Shown here: positions 41,668 through 60,019 of the stretch, piece by piece
How the letters are laid out: every line of letters starts with the position of its first letter
Position numbering within the stretch: the first letter of the stretch is position 1
Assembly: GCF_000150275.1 (NCBI RefSeq)
Contig: NW_002060958.1
Coordinates: 1,030,929 to 1,094,928 of the forward strand
Direction: 5' to 3'
Length of the DNA stretch: 64,000 bases
Source: Trichoplax adhaerens
Taxonomy: Eukaryota > Animalia > Placozoa
The notes under the pieces: model-generated
Seen by the model: the letters and a program-made list of their open reading frames with translations, nothing else
Database searches by the model: none
What the model was told of the DNA's origin: nothing
Program-made: the position numbers and the translations under genes

Positions 41668-43905
41668 ATGAATCGCCTTTTCGGTCGTGCAAAGCCAAAA
41701 GAGCCCCCGCCAAATATGACGGATTGTATCGCTAATGTAAGGACGACAAGGCTTAGCAAATGCAGACATGGACAGTACTTGAGTTGTTGATTTGACATTG
41801 ATTGAGAAATAGACGTCAAGATAAAGTAGAATGTTTTGAATGCAATGCTCTTGAAATCAAGTGATAGTTTACAGTTAGAATGAACAGAAATGTAGCAATG
41901 GATACACTTAGTAACTGCACATATCAGTAACGATCGACTTGATGCTAGATATTGGATCCAAAATGGACTGACTATACGATACAGTTTTGTATGATGGTTG
42001 TATCTTGCTATAATGAACGCCATCATGGTATTTTCCGTCGTTTTACCGAATGGATTGTTTGTGATAATGATAATCGTTTTGTATAATCAAATATACAGTA
42101 CTTTAGCTTACTAGTTTGAAGGTATATTGGTCTTTGTAACGCTGATTTGTGATAAAAAATAGTTTTTCAAGTTTTCCATCTATCCCTCTCCTCTTGCCAT
42201 ACAGTACTTACTATACTTACGAAAGAATGCCATGACTGGTTGATGTTGTTGGTCAAGTACATTCATATACATTGCTGTTATTCACCATCATTATAGGTCG
42301 ACGGGCGAAGTGAATCAATTGAAAAGAAAATACAAAAGTTAGACCTTGAACTACTTAAATATCGCAATCAAATGAAAAAAATGAGAGAAGGCTCTGCCAA
42401 GGTAAGTAATGATTAAATCAAGTCCAATACTGTATCTTGTCGGCTGCTTATCTTTGACAAATGCTAACGGATTCTATTCTTGACAATACTAGAATATGGT
42501 TAAACAGAAGGCCTTGAGAATACTCAAACAGAAGAAAATGTTAGTTCTTAGCTTATACAAACCATGGCTACTATTATATGTCGAAAACACACTTAAAATT
42601 AAAATTGCTTCGTCTTCTTGCTGATTGTCGCCTACCGTACAAAATTAGTATCGTAATCTGTGGCTTCATTTTTAATTAAATACTTATTCAGGTATGAACA
42701 GCAGCGGGATCAGCTTATGCAGCAATCCTTTAATTTAGAACAAGCTAATTTTGCTACACAGACTTTAAAAGATACCAAAACCACGGTTAGTATGTCCATG
42801 TAATTGCACAGTCGGTTGGCTAGTCCATACGCATAATCGTTTATATCAATTTCGTGCCCTAGACTTGATTAAAATTAGTCTATCATCATTTGCAATGACT
42901 GTGCAGTACATGTAGCATATCTCTCGATTTTTTTCCTTTAGCGAATGGTGTTTCACTACATATTATTCATTGGTTATATAGGTTGACGCTATGAAATTGG
43001 GTGTGAAAGAAATGAAAAAAGAATATAAAAAAGTGAACATCGATCAAATTGAGGTATAAAATAAGATGACTTTATCATTTATAGCTTGTTGCTTACTGTT
43101 ACCAGAGTTTGAAATACGGTAATCATTTTATTAATAATAATATAGGACTTACAGGACGATATGTCTGACATGATGGAACAAGCAAATGAAATACAAGAAT
43201 CGCTAAGCAGAACTTATGGAATGCCAGATGATTTGGACGAGGCCGATTTGGATGCTGGTATGTTTCGTAGCTAAATTATTTGTGAGACTTTTGCATCTTT
43301 CACTTCTAGCATGGAAGCTTAATCTCCATTCCTAATCCCCTTAAGTCTACATCCTGCCGTCGATTATTGGTTTTGTACTGCTTATTTAAACTGCATGTAC
43401 AGACGCGCAGATATTACCCTATTGTTAATACCTTATTGTGAACTCCAAATGTTGATACTTACACATTATATTCCATTAATTAATATCAGTTGCTTACCGT
43501 TAATGGCCAATTGCTATGAATATTTACTGTACAATGTATTAATCTTACATGTACTCGTATATACAGAATTAGATGCGCTAGGTGACGACTTGGCTTTCGA
43601 TGAAGATACGTCATACTTGGATGATGCCGCAAGTACACCGGCTGTTCCTAGTACAAATCCCGGTGAAAATGAAGCGGAAAAATCAGCGGTATAGTGGCTA
43701 TCTTACTTTTAAAATAATTGAATAATTAATGATCCATTGAAGTGTAAAAGTTTTTGTAAGAAAGAGTTACAAGTCCTAAAATTATAGTTGTGATCAACGC
43801 TTTATGTACCGTATATTTATTAATGGACGAAAAATTATATCTTATCAAATTTAGGAAGGAATTGCTGTTGATGAATTCGGCTTGCCAAAGTTACAAACAG
43901 GATAA
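41668..43905 (+). CDS. CHMP5: Charged multivesicular body protein 5 (Vps60, ESCRT-III), multi-exon
   Basis: [23 protein letters not shown]|[35 protein letters not shown]|[16 protein letters not shown]|[20 protein letters not shown]...[25 protein letters not shown]...ELDALGDDL...VDEFGLP..TG*. Confidence 0.97.
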
Positions 43906-45502
43906 TGGATTAATGTTACTCGTAAAATTATGTTTAACCAATGTTCTTGACTATTGTAAAAACGACTCTTATGATGCCTTCAAAAAGGGCTTTTACGATT
44001 TCTTCTTGTTGACTATTTAGCTGTAATTTCATATCAGTATGCTAAGACTTTTAACTAAAGTATCTATTTTAGTTGACATCTTGTTGCAGCGGCCGTAAAT
44101 ATTAACTGAAGCTACTGTATTGATTTCTTTGGGATTATGCGATATTTTGTGGTGATATCAACGTTAGTTTACTTGTACTTATTTTTGCCTGCATTAGATA
44201 AATGTCTTATTCGAATATCTTAATCTATTTTTGTCTACGTCATAAAAGATGATTACTTAGCTAAATACGACGTTATACTGTATTATTATTATTAAAAGAT
44301 ATCGTAATCCATGCTTTCGTTTCATGTTCTAATATACTTGTACCTTTACTGCCTTACTAGTAGCTGTAATCTTCAATGATTACTTGTAATTTAAAATCAT
44401 GTGCACGAACAGTAGTATTGCTGTATCTTTACAAATGTACTTAAGGTTGAAGATCACTATAATGGGAATGCTGTCGTTTTTTTTGCATGAAATATTCACT
44501 TGGACAGCGTAACGCAAATACTGTACATAACGTGATTATATGAATAGTGTTGTGATTGCGTATGGGCACTTAACCAGTTGTGATACGTTTCTTTAGCAAT
44601 TCCTTAAACATATGATACACATAATAGGATTAAAAATTAGACTTCATTCTAGCTTTTTTATGCTCTGAAATGAATGAAATTATAATCATATAACAAAAAT
44701 TATCTTTTGAGTCAGGTTTGACCGATAAAAACAAATTATTATTTCAGAGTCTTTAGGTGTTATTTAACACCGATGTAGCATAGCTTAATCCTACAGGATC
44801 AAGGTTGACGTACTACTGATATTGGAAAAAGTCGAAAGAAAGAAAAAGATTCTGAACGAATCTTACACAGAATTATGGATAGTTAGATCAGTTGATGAAC
44901 AGTATATTGCAGTAAATGCATAACATATATATATGTATATGCATATATACAATAGCACATAGACCGGCTGTTTAACCGTTGTATATTACATAAAAAATGG
45001 AATCTTTAGATTTATCAAATCCTAATTCGATGACATTTCGTAACAGCTCAGTTAGTACTCGAGATTATAAGATTACATAAGATATCATTACGGAAAGAAA
45101 GAAACATTTGCATAGAAAATGTTATTATGTAGATACGTTTGTGACTCTAAGCCTAACAATTTCATTATTAAGAAACTAACTTTTTTTGACTGATGTTGAA
45201 CTAGTAAGGTAAACAAAAGTAGATACTTTCATATTAAACCTATTTTCCTATACTGTCATGCTAATACAATAAGTAACCAATGCGATTTTTAAGTTGTAAA
45301 GTTTCATATTGTAAAAATATTGCTAATAAAGTCAAATAGAAATAAATTGTAGGCTTAATACAGTAAAAATAAAATGCACTGTATGCTAAGCCTGTTATGC
45401 ACACTATTTACATCAATGGAAAAATTTCCTATGTAATACACGAATGACAAAAACAACAATTTTTATAGTACAAAATTTTAATAGTCCTCTTTTGATCTAC
45501 TT

Positions 45503-48500
45503 TCAGCTTAATGAGTTCTTTGAAGATAGTCGGCCATTAATTTCATTGCCGGCATAACGATCATCATTCACTATATCTACTGAGCATTAAAAAGTGGAAG
45601 ATACATTTTATTGTTGTCGTTGTAAGATTACGTAATCTTAGCGTTAATATTGGAAATGCTAATGTGCTATCGACATTTCGGACTTTGCAAAAATTTGGTT
45701 AAAATAAATGCAGACTAACATGTATGGAGACGTAAATATGTGGTGAAAGAAGATATATATATAGTAATATTTACTTACCGATATGAATATCATCTTGTTC
45801 ATTATTTAACCTATAGTAATGGAGGACAACCCGTCAGTGCTCAAGACTGCTACGTTGTACAACATTACAGCTTCAGTCACAACGCTCCCAAGACATAAAC
45901 AGCAATCATACTCAATCTTACCTTCCATTCATATCACTGGAACTCATTACCATTGAGCTACTGCTACTACTCATACCTGTCGATCCTAGTACATTAAGGT
46001 CATGATGGATCACATTTTAGAATGACACAAACAGCATTATCTGAAGCCTATGACTAGTTTAAGCTAATTTTGGGTGGTTAACATATGATTGTATTGAGAA
46101 CGTACCAAAAACTTTATCTCTTACACTTGACCGCTGTTCTTCAGTATGTTGTGGACATCTCAATGTCCTAAAATAACAAATATTAAAAAGTAACGAGTCG
46201 CTGTAATGATAATATCCCTTAATCTTCGCACTACAACAAAGGCGCTCTATATAAGAGCAGATGACTTACTTAATACAGATACGGCCTGTATGTTCAGAAA
46301 TTACACCACAATACTACAACATTTTAAGATTGAATAGGATTAGAATTACTGGTACCAGTTTTTATAACAATATTTCACATAACAGTCCGCCGATGACTGG
46401 TTACCATGAAAAAGTAAGCTGACTTGGGAACTAATAGTGTCGACTATCTTTATACCTTGTTTAAAAATTCTTCTCGGTCAACTAAAATAAAATCAGCAAT
46501 ATTTGTACATATTAAATTAAAACGAACTTGAAATTTTTGATGTTACTTAGATATTATTAATTAGATAAAGAGATAGTCAAGTTAGATACCTATGGACATA
46601 GCAGAGTAACTGTCCAGACTAAGTTGTTTCTATGAAACGATATAATTTCAAGTTTATTAATATAATATCGATTGTCTGCTGTGAGATTATAACACTGTCC
46701 TTTAATTATACAGTAATGATGTAAAGCCAAAGCAGACCTTGTCTTTTTCTACTTCAAAATTGCCATCTTTAATGACTTTCTTAACGTTACTTAAATTTCC
46801 TTTATTTTTGCTAGGTTTATTCTTATTACTGGAGCGTCCTGATTTATCTCGCCGTAATCGCTTAGCTTTTCGCTCTTTGGCGGCTTTCCAGTCTGTATCC
46901 CCATCGTCATTGTCACTGTAATCGCATTTATCTTCTGAGTAATCATTCAACCTACAGAGTTAAAAGTTATCAAAATAGACAATCCAATTAATTATACGTG
47001 ATATGAAAATGATATGCTAAAAGTGTAGTTTCGTTCGCGACAATCGAACAATGAATTATACAATCATAAAGAAAGTCAATTTTTGTACTTTTTGCTGGCA
47101 ATTCTTCTACTAATTCTGCCCATTCCCAAACATTTTTCTAGATGTGGGGCAAATCGCGAGGCAGTAATTGTTCTTTGGCATTCCGGACAACTAACTTCCA
47201 AGGATTTATTTCTAGCACCTTCCGTGATTTCACTGAATATGTCACCTCGAACAGAATCACTGATTTCTGTTAAAGAAATCAAGCATTATCACTCATTAAC
47301 CATCCATGTCTTAATTTTAAGTATTTCACTGAGCTATACCGAGGCATTATATTGTAATCAGTAAAAGACGTAAATAAACCGAAATAATTTTCAATATTCG
47401 AATGAAGGTATAAAATTAATATTTAGAAGATTCTAGTAAATTACTGTAGAAATATTATTTTGTATCCAATTGCTTCTAGTAACTAATTTCATTTCCGTAA
47501 AATACTTACCGTCATCTTTGCTTATTGGCATGCAGTCTAAAATATTGAAATAGCCAAGTTGTACTGATCTATCAACATCGTAGCAGGTGCCCAAAGTTAT
47601 TTCATCCACCATGGTTTCATAAAAGTACTGACTTAACTTTTCCGCCTAGTTAGGGTATGCATATATACGTTAGTATATTGCTAAGCTTAAAATATCTACA
47701 CTAGAATTAGCGGTTAATGTGTGTTATTAAGTTGAAGAGCTGCTGGGTTGCGGCTATTTTCAACTTAATAGTAAAATCTATCTTTCTTAGCATGGTCAGG
47801 TATATTTATAACATTGGCGATTGTGAGTAGAATAAACAAGCATCTTTTGTATTAAGGACGGATTAACTGCTATTTCCTTTGATAAATATTGATTAGTTAG
47901 CATGATTAATTGTAGTCATAAAACCTAATATCCTAAATCTATATCCACTGATAGAGAAGGGTATTTACAGTAAGTGATGCTGTCAAGAAAGATAACGCAT
48001 GCAATATTTCATCTTTGCAGTGTATAAGATTTCATTCTTAATGTAGAAAAAGTAATTTATACGTTATTTTGGATTATTGGCATTACACAGAATTGTAAGA
48101 ATGATAGGCAATTTCATAACAGTGCAATTTGTGTGGCAGCCAGTAACTTTTGCTAAAGGTACATTCGCAAAGGCCGTCATGGTGAGTCGTATCTGTGATT
48201 GGCTACTGCAAGGCCATGTAAAAGAAAGCTGGCGATGAGCTAGCCAACTCATCCACAGACTAACTTGGCAATGCGATGTAACAACTTCAGAACGAAGTAA
48301 TAATTAATATTACGATATAGGGTACTAGCATTCATTTCACGATAATGCAATCACTTTATACAAATTAATTATTCAATTGATTTACAAGCAGACGTTGAAA
48401 AATATCAGTTACGCTAGTATGTAATTGACCATACGGCAGAAATTATGCATATTGCCCATGGCAGGAATGATATTACAGTATCTAGCATACCGTCAATATC

Positions 48501-50002
48501 AGATCATTTACTAAATATAGTTGATGGCAATGAATTTACTTTAGCCGGTAAACAATCTCAGTCCTTGATTTCTATTAGCACAGTTTGGTTACCTGGTCAC
48601 CGGTCATATTTCGTAGCTCATTATGATCGTTACACCTTGATGAGGCTTGTTGACTGCTATCTAGCCTATGAATTAAAATCAATTAGGAAGTAAAATTGTT
48701 AGTGTGGAATAAAGGATAATTTTACTGTTGAGAAAATTGAATGTAAAAAAACTGCAACATGATATTCCATTCTAGAAATGAAACTAGCATTTGATGATTA
48801 TGAATCCAGTGAGAAAGCTAGCAATCAAGCATGGGAAAAGGAGTTTATTGGCTTACCCTACGTATCGCCTGCTACTCATATCAAGATGATCAAATTCAAA
48901 TTCAATTGTAACACGCTAGTTCATAAAAATAGAGTAAAATTGTTTTTGCAAGGGGCAATGGAGCGTTTCTACAATTCCTCTATCGAATGACATCAGTCAT
49001 TGCAGGCATCCAACGGCATCAAATGTGTTACCGTGCAAACTAACATATTGGCTGATTGAGTATTCTAACGCTAGGAGATGCATAGCCGTCATTTGTCCAA
49101 GTGTAAACTGGATACAATCGCAAATGCCTGGATGGTATCCTTTACGATAGGCATTTTTGTAGTTGTGATTCATCTTTCAAGGCGCGTATGATGAGCCGAT
49201 ATTACCATGGTAATTGTTATTGAGTACTTGGGCAAGAAGTTGAACTATTGTTTGGAGTGTGTATTATGCGCGAAATGATCCGGCAGTCCTACTGTTATTG
49301 TAATGAATAGCAGTATCGTGCCTAACTGATTTCATCAGTAGAAAGAATGGTAAGACAATCTAGTCTATCATTGAACGATAGTCTTGGTCATAATGATTGG
49401 TGATGTAGGCAAGATGAAAATCAATGGATTGTTGACCCCAAACCCACCCATCTAGGCTAACAACCTGCTGGTACTAGGCTTGCATGTAGCGTTGTTTGAA
49501 AGTCGACTTGATTGTTGATTCAGTTACTAACGAAACGTTTGAAATATTGTGGTTGAATGCGTGCTATTCTATAAGCTAGAAGGAAAAGTAGCTGGTGATT
49601 GATCCTTTTTTCAAAAGCAATGCAAATCGCCTAGTTGAAATGGTATGTTATGACCACCGTCTCAAGCCATGCAAGATTGCATACCATGATGAAAGGACGC
49701 AATCCATTTCCATCGTCTGTAGCACTATCGATCAACTTGTTGGGCCATTTCAATGACTAAGCAGTGGGATAACAACGCTCTGCCTTATTTTATCCACCAC
49801 ATTGAAGTGAATGAATTGGATGATTGAATATAACCTACGTATGCCATTGATATGATAGCAGCATATCAACCACTGTCATTTCTTCTCGTCATAGACGGTA
49901 ATGGTCAAGCAGTGATCGTTTAATCAATGAAATGGTTAAAATGTTTTGAGCCTATGGATAAAAAGTGACCACTTACCTAAGTGGATACGAATCTTCTGCC
50001 AT
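45503..50002 (-). CDS. ATXN7L3: Ataxin-7-like protein 3 / Sgf11 (SAGA deubiquitination module), multi-exon
   Basis: Sgf11 zinc finger VSCPECQRTITASRFAPHLEKCLGMGRISRRIASK; acidic DNDDGDTDWK; SCA7 domain YCGVISEHTGRICIKTLRCPQHTEEQRSSVR. The start MAEDSYPL at 50002 and a small exon at ~48592-48655 are inferred from splice phase. Confidence 0.92.
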
Positions 50003-50399
50003 AATTTTCAATGGAACGAATAATTACATTTTGTTCAAAGAGATTTCACGATAGCTGAAGAATTCGACAGTAGTTGCAATCACTGCTATCCAATTGGAAT
50101 GCCAATGGCCACTGAAATTCCAGTCCAATGGCGGATTGAGCAAAGGACTGCTGGAATCCAAATTGAAGCAACCGTCAAGACGTGCTACCGACGTATGACG
50201 CCACTACCACTGACACCACCAGTGTGTCGTACCAGTCTTGACTTCTCTTGTGCGACTGTGCAAATCTACCGCCTAATCTCGGTATCAAGCTGACGAGTTC
50301 TTACTCGTATCAATCAATCATGACTGACTCTGCGGGTCGAGTCTACCGTCAAAAATAATATCAAGCATTACAAGGTGAATGAGTTTGAAGTGTTGATGG

Positions 50400-51582
50400 T
50401 AACGTGGGCTAGTTGTGCGCACGAGCACACTTCATGCTTGCAGTTTGGAATGCTACAGTACAGTACAGTACTGTCCGCAGCCAAAGTTCTGTACAGTACT
50501 ACAGTACATGGACTGTACACTGTAAGCAAGGCTACGGTACAGACTTGTACTGTACAAGGTAAAGACCGTAAAGGAACGTGGGCCAGTTGTGCGCACGAGC
50601 ACACTGCACGCCTGCAGTTTGGTATGTTACAGGGCTTACAGCATACAGTACTGTAGTTAGACCAGACCTGTATTACAGTACTGTACAGTACAGTGTACAG
50701 TACAGTAGCCAAAGTCCTGTACAGTACTGTACTACAGTAGATGGACTGTACACGGTAAGCAAGACTACAGTACAGTACTGTACATCACACAGGGTAAAGT
50801 AACGTGAGCCAGTTGTGGGCACGAGTACACTTCACGCCTGCAGTTTGGTATGCTACAGTAGCCAAAGTCCTGTACTAGAGTACATGTACTGTACAGTACT
50901 GTACTGTACTGTACACTGTAAGCAAGACTACTGTACTGTACTGTACTGTACTGTACACAGGGTAAAGTACTGTAGGCGAATTGTACTGTACACTGTACAG
51001 CAGTTTGGAATGCTACAGTACAGTACTGTCCGCAGCCAAAGTTCTGTACAGTACTACAGTACATGGACTGTACAGTACAGTACAGTACACTGTAAGCAAG
51101 GCTACGGTACAGTACAGACTTGTACTGTACTGTACAGTATAAGGTAAAGACCGTAAAGGAACGTGGGCCAGTTGTGCGCACGAGCACACTGCACGCCTGC
51201 AGTTTGGTATGTTACAGGGCTTACAGGATACAGTACTGTAGTTAGACCAGACCTGTATTACAGTACTATACAGTACAGTACAGTGTACAGTACAGTAGCC
51301 AAAATCCTGTACTGGACTACAGTAGATGGACTGTACACGGTAAGCAAGACTACAGTACAGCACACAGGGTAAAGTAACGTGAGCCAGTTGTGGGCACGAG
51401 CACACTTCACGCCTGCAGTTTGGTATGCTACAGTAGCCAAAGTCCTGTACTAGAGTACATGTATTGTACAGTACTGTACGTACACTGTAAGCAAGACTAC
51501 AGTACCGTACTGTACTGTACTGTACAGTACTGTACACAGGGTAAAGTACTGTAGGCGAATTGTACTGTACACTGTACAGCAG
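50400..51582. repeat. Nested tandem repeat (two ~560-580 bp copies built from ~175-360 bp subunits), saturated with TACAG/TACTG, in the ATXN7L3-AGPS divergent intergenic region
   Basis: AACGTG.GCCAGTTGTG.GCACGAGCACACT.CACGCCTGCAGTTTGG at about 50401, 50575, 50801, 51160 and 51377; 50441-51000 is repeated at 51001-51580. Confidence 0.92.
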
Positions 51583-51981
51583 GCATTGTACCGCACGACC
51601 AAACCGTACAAGCGTCGCATACAAATCGCATGACACTAGGCTATGGTGTCACCTGTGGCCATTCACAATGCTACAGTGTGACTCGTGACAATGGTGAGCC
51701 GTTGTGAACCCCATAACCCCCAAGGGCGCGGCTGCAGGTGTTGTCCATAGAAACCTGCTGGCTAAACGTGCAAAGTGGCAGAGAAATCAGTCACTTGAAT
51801 GCAGTAGCGATTGCTATCCAACCACACAGCCAGTTGCTTCCTTCATTAATTAAGCAAGGTATCCAAGCAATCTTCTACCAAGTCTATTGGAAGCTTGATC
51901 GCATAGCACCCAAAGCTTTAATCTTCTCCAATTTTGATTACAATCATAATAACTTATTCAGACCGTTAAGAATAGATAAAT

Positions 51982-56526
<4,545 letters not shown>

Positions 56527-59146
56527 AACCTTAGGTTTGTGGACTGACGCTTAAAATTTGTGTTTGGATCAATTAAAAGAGAATTAATACATCAACACTA
56601 TGACCTCTGATGTAATATTTTCATTGGAAGCTGGAGTAGATTATCTTTACATTGAAATGTAATCCAGGGGTTTTATTATTGTCGAAAACTAATTTGTAAA
56701 GTGATAAATCACTAGTTGGAAAAATCTCGTAATAAATAAACCTAATTTCTGGCATAAACTCCATTATGATTACAGAAGCAGAGAGTTTACCAAGCTGTAC
56801 TACTACATTGTATTATACTTGTGTCTAACGATCCAAAAGTTCGACTAGAGATATATTCGTTATCACTTAAACTTTGACAAATACGAATGTGAAAGTATTT
56901 ATCAAATTATTATAGAAAAAGCTTGAACCAATGCAAATTCAATTTAGAACAAATATTGTAATTTTTTTCGAATTTACTAGCGCAAGTGGTGCTAATTCGA
57001 AGATTTACTTATATTATTGCATTGCGTTACGTTGCTGTAATAACTGGTTAGCATTTGAAAGCTGTAGTATGATTAAGGTGTAGCGATAACGACGACGATT
57101 GATTTTAAGTTATCATTTCTAATCCTGCAAGTACTTCAGGCCTGTACATCAACTTTTATAACATGAACACCGTCAATTATAATTCATTGTTGCGGATCTA
57201 GGCCAGGGAATGGATTAATTTGAAAATGTTGATAATCTTTAACTTATAAGCAATTCATTTTTCTTATACTCTACATACAGTGTCATTCATAAATTTATAT
57301 CTGAAAAAAACAACTTGATGCTTTATTTTTAATGTTTACTATATCACGCAATGAAGTTTTTGGTTGCATCAAGACAAATTACCAATTCCAAGTATAGTAA
57401 TATCCGAACATGCTTCCCACTGACGGAAGTATTGACAGGTCCTGATTTCTTATTACAAGCACAATCATAAAGTATAAGGATCAGTTTAAACATGTAATGT
57501 AAGTATATCGCTATTTATACAGTAATTTAATATTGTATTTATCAAACAAGACCCTAATTAGCTAGTCACTAACAAACCATAAACGTAATGACGATGTACG
57601 CCTTAATTATAAAATGGCATTATTAGCGGTATCAAATATGTAGCGTACAATATGCGATCAGATATTAATTATGGACGTGATGACTACAACATGGGAAACT
57701 TGCCAGCGGATCCGATACACTGCATATCGGAGTCAAAAAGAGGTCGATTAAAATCATTGTATAGTCCATCCAAGTTTCAAGTTTATCCAATTAAGATACT
57801 GATTGTGAATGAAAATGATGATGGATGACGTATTTATTTATGTTGTCAGTTATCTTACATTTGAAGATGATTAGAAGTCAATTACAGTATTAAATAGTAG
57901 ACAAGTAGTCGTAAGGCTAGTCAATAAGTATGTCTTCCTATACATGTTATCTAAAACAACAATTCTTATTCCGCCTAGTCTTTAATAACCTTTCCGGAAA
58001 CATTATATGGATATTCTATAATAATGTGGTACAGCATTGTAGTTTTTATTAAGTTACATAGAGACGCAGGACTTTTTATTGAAAGTCTGGGGACAATATA
58101 ATCTTATGGTATTATATACCAGATTACCAAATTGTTTTCTAGCCGGCAGTAACTGAAATCATAGCGATTGATAGTCTAACAGTAAAAGGAGGTGAATTTG
58201 AGTATGTATTCTTAATAAATATCATCATACGCATATGCATATGAGTTGAATTAGTTCAAGTAAATCTTTTTAAGTATGTAACAATAACAACCGCTGGCAT
58301 ATAGACTATGTGCAAGGACTACATCCTAGCACATATCATGACTACAATCGCGTTAGATACGCATAGCTGAAAATAAAGATCAATAGGAGAAAAATTGTAC
58401 AGCCTATGATGTCTAAAGCGTAGACTATTCCGATAGCTATCAATGATTACAAATGAACTATCATTTGCTCAATATCCGTAGAAAAGGTAGCAGAGAAGTA
58501 AATGGTAGGTAGAATTGTTTACGATATTGTGAAACGAGCAACATAAGAATATTTTAGATAAACTGAAATTATACATTTACATACAGTATATACAAAAGGG
58601 TGAAACAATGTTTGTGGTGCAACAGCACTGATGGATAGATATTTGGAGGCATTTGTAGATTTTGTGGTCTGCACGAGTTATTGCAATTAGAATTTAAAAG
58701 GCCAAAGGCAACGCCAACTGTGATGACAACATTGACGAGAATGGCAAGTAGGTGATTCTATGTCGATTTGAATATTACTGATGGATGCAGAAAGACTAGT
58801 GGACTTTTGTGTTTGCCGATAATTATAATAAGAGGCAACTGTGTTGGAATCATGCTAGTGGTAAGATAATAGTACCGTAAACGCCGCATTGTACAGTATA
58901 GAATTGAGGCGAATTTAATTTTTATGTTATCAGTGTTGAATAAATTGTTGGAGTTCAGGTAAATGTTGCAATGTTATAACTTCTTAAAGCGATGGCATGT
59001 TATTTCATGTTGGAGCTTTCTTTGACATGAGTAGCATCCAATTTGAAAGATAGTCATTGTAATTGTTAGCGCCATTGAACGAGTATCAACATTGAATGTA
59101 CGCGTATCTTCTCAACATGATATGACCATAGTCCAAGATGGAAGTT

Positions 59147-60019
59147 TTACTGAACTGTAGAATTAGCAATTAAATCAATCTCCAAAGAGCGTACAGGTTC
59201 CGGTAGTCCACCACTGGGATTACCATGATGAACTTTAATGCAATGCTTTTTTAAAGCCATAGCCGATCGGTAGGATTTCTTACAGGTACAACGGTAAGCT
59301 TTTCTGACGCGAATTTCTTTTTTATGGCCATTTTTAGCATGATATTTCATCCCATTGACATTTTTATAACGCTTATTACAACCAGGGACAGGGCAAGCAA
59401 AAGGTTTCTCTAAGCCTTCATCGGTTGCCATCATACTGAGAATAGCATCACTGGAGAATGTTTCATTGGTTGTCCAAGATTCATCGCTGTCACTGCCATC
59501 ACTAATTAAATCATGATTGATGATACTATTACTGCTGGTTGTTTTGATATGGCTGTTATTGCCACTGGTCGTATTGCTACTGCCACTTGTAGCCGTGTTA
59601 CTAACACTGGATTTACTGATATGAACCTGTGTTGGTGTTAAAGTAGCGGATGTACTGGTGGTTGTAGCCGTAGTATCGGAAGAGAAAGTTAAGTTGTGAT
59701 GGCTACCACTTGCTGGACTACTAACATGGCGTCCTTTATCGCTAACTTGGCTACTTTTGTTGGTGTTTTGAGCAGCTAATTGGGCTAATTGCTTGCGTCG
59801 TACTTGGCGAGCTGCTTCAGTAAAAAAACGCAAAATATGGCTTAAAGCTAACGCTGGTGGTGATAAATTGTCTAATTTCTCCATTGGAGCAGCATCTTTC
59901 TCAACATGGACATCTTCAACATGTTCGATCAAGTCTTCTAAGCAAGTAAAACTTTTACCGCAATTTTTCCATAAACACGAATAAGAATAAAACGCTGCCA
60001 TGACCATCAACTCATGCAA
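59147..60019 (-). CDS. JAZF1: Juxtaposed with another zinc finger protein 1 (C2H2); single coding exon, start may be the ATG at 60001
   Basis: MAAFYSYSCLWKNCGKSFTCLEDLIEHVEDVH...LALSHILRFFTEAAR; SDSDESWT; EKPFACPVPGCNKRYKNVNGMKYHAKNGH; RKAYRCTCKKSYRS..ALKKH...H, matching JAZF1 family motifs. Confidence 0.95.
   Translation of the reverse strand: MHELMVMAAFYSYSCLWKNCGKSFTCLEDLIEHVEDVHVEKDAAPMEKLDNLSPPALALSHILRFFTEAARQVRRKQLAQLAAQNTNKSSQVSDKGRHVSSPASGSHHNLTFSSDTTATTTSTSATLTPTQVHISKSSVSNTATSGSSNTTSGNNSHIKTTSSNSIINHDLISDGSDSDESWTTNETFSSDAILSMMATDEGLEKPFACPVPGCNKRYKNVNGMKYHAKNGHKKEIRVRKAYRCTCKKSYRSAMALKKHCIKVHHGNPSGGLPEPVRSLEIDLIANSTVQ

Noticed and set aside
41586-42026. 146-aa minus-strand ORF
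   Set aside because: Antisense to CHMP5 exon 1 and intron 1, with no recognisable domain.
50368-51636. ORFs of up to 207 aa rich in Y/C/T/V/S/Q (also at 5068-5520, 20784-21219 and 61395-61675)
   Set aside because: These are translations of TACAG/TACTG low-complexity DNA, which lacks stop codons; there is no protein-like signal.
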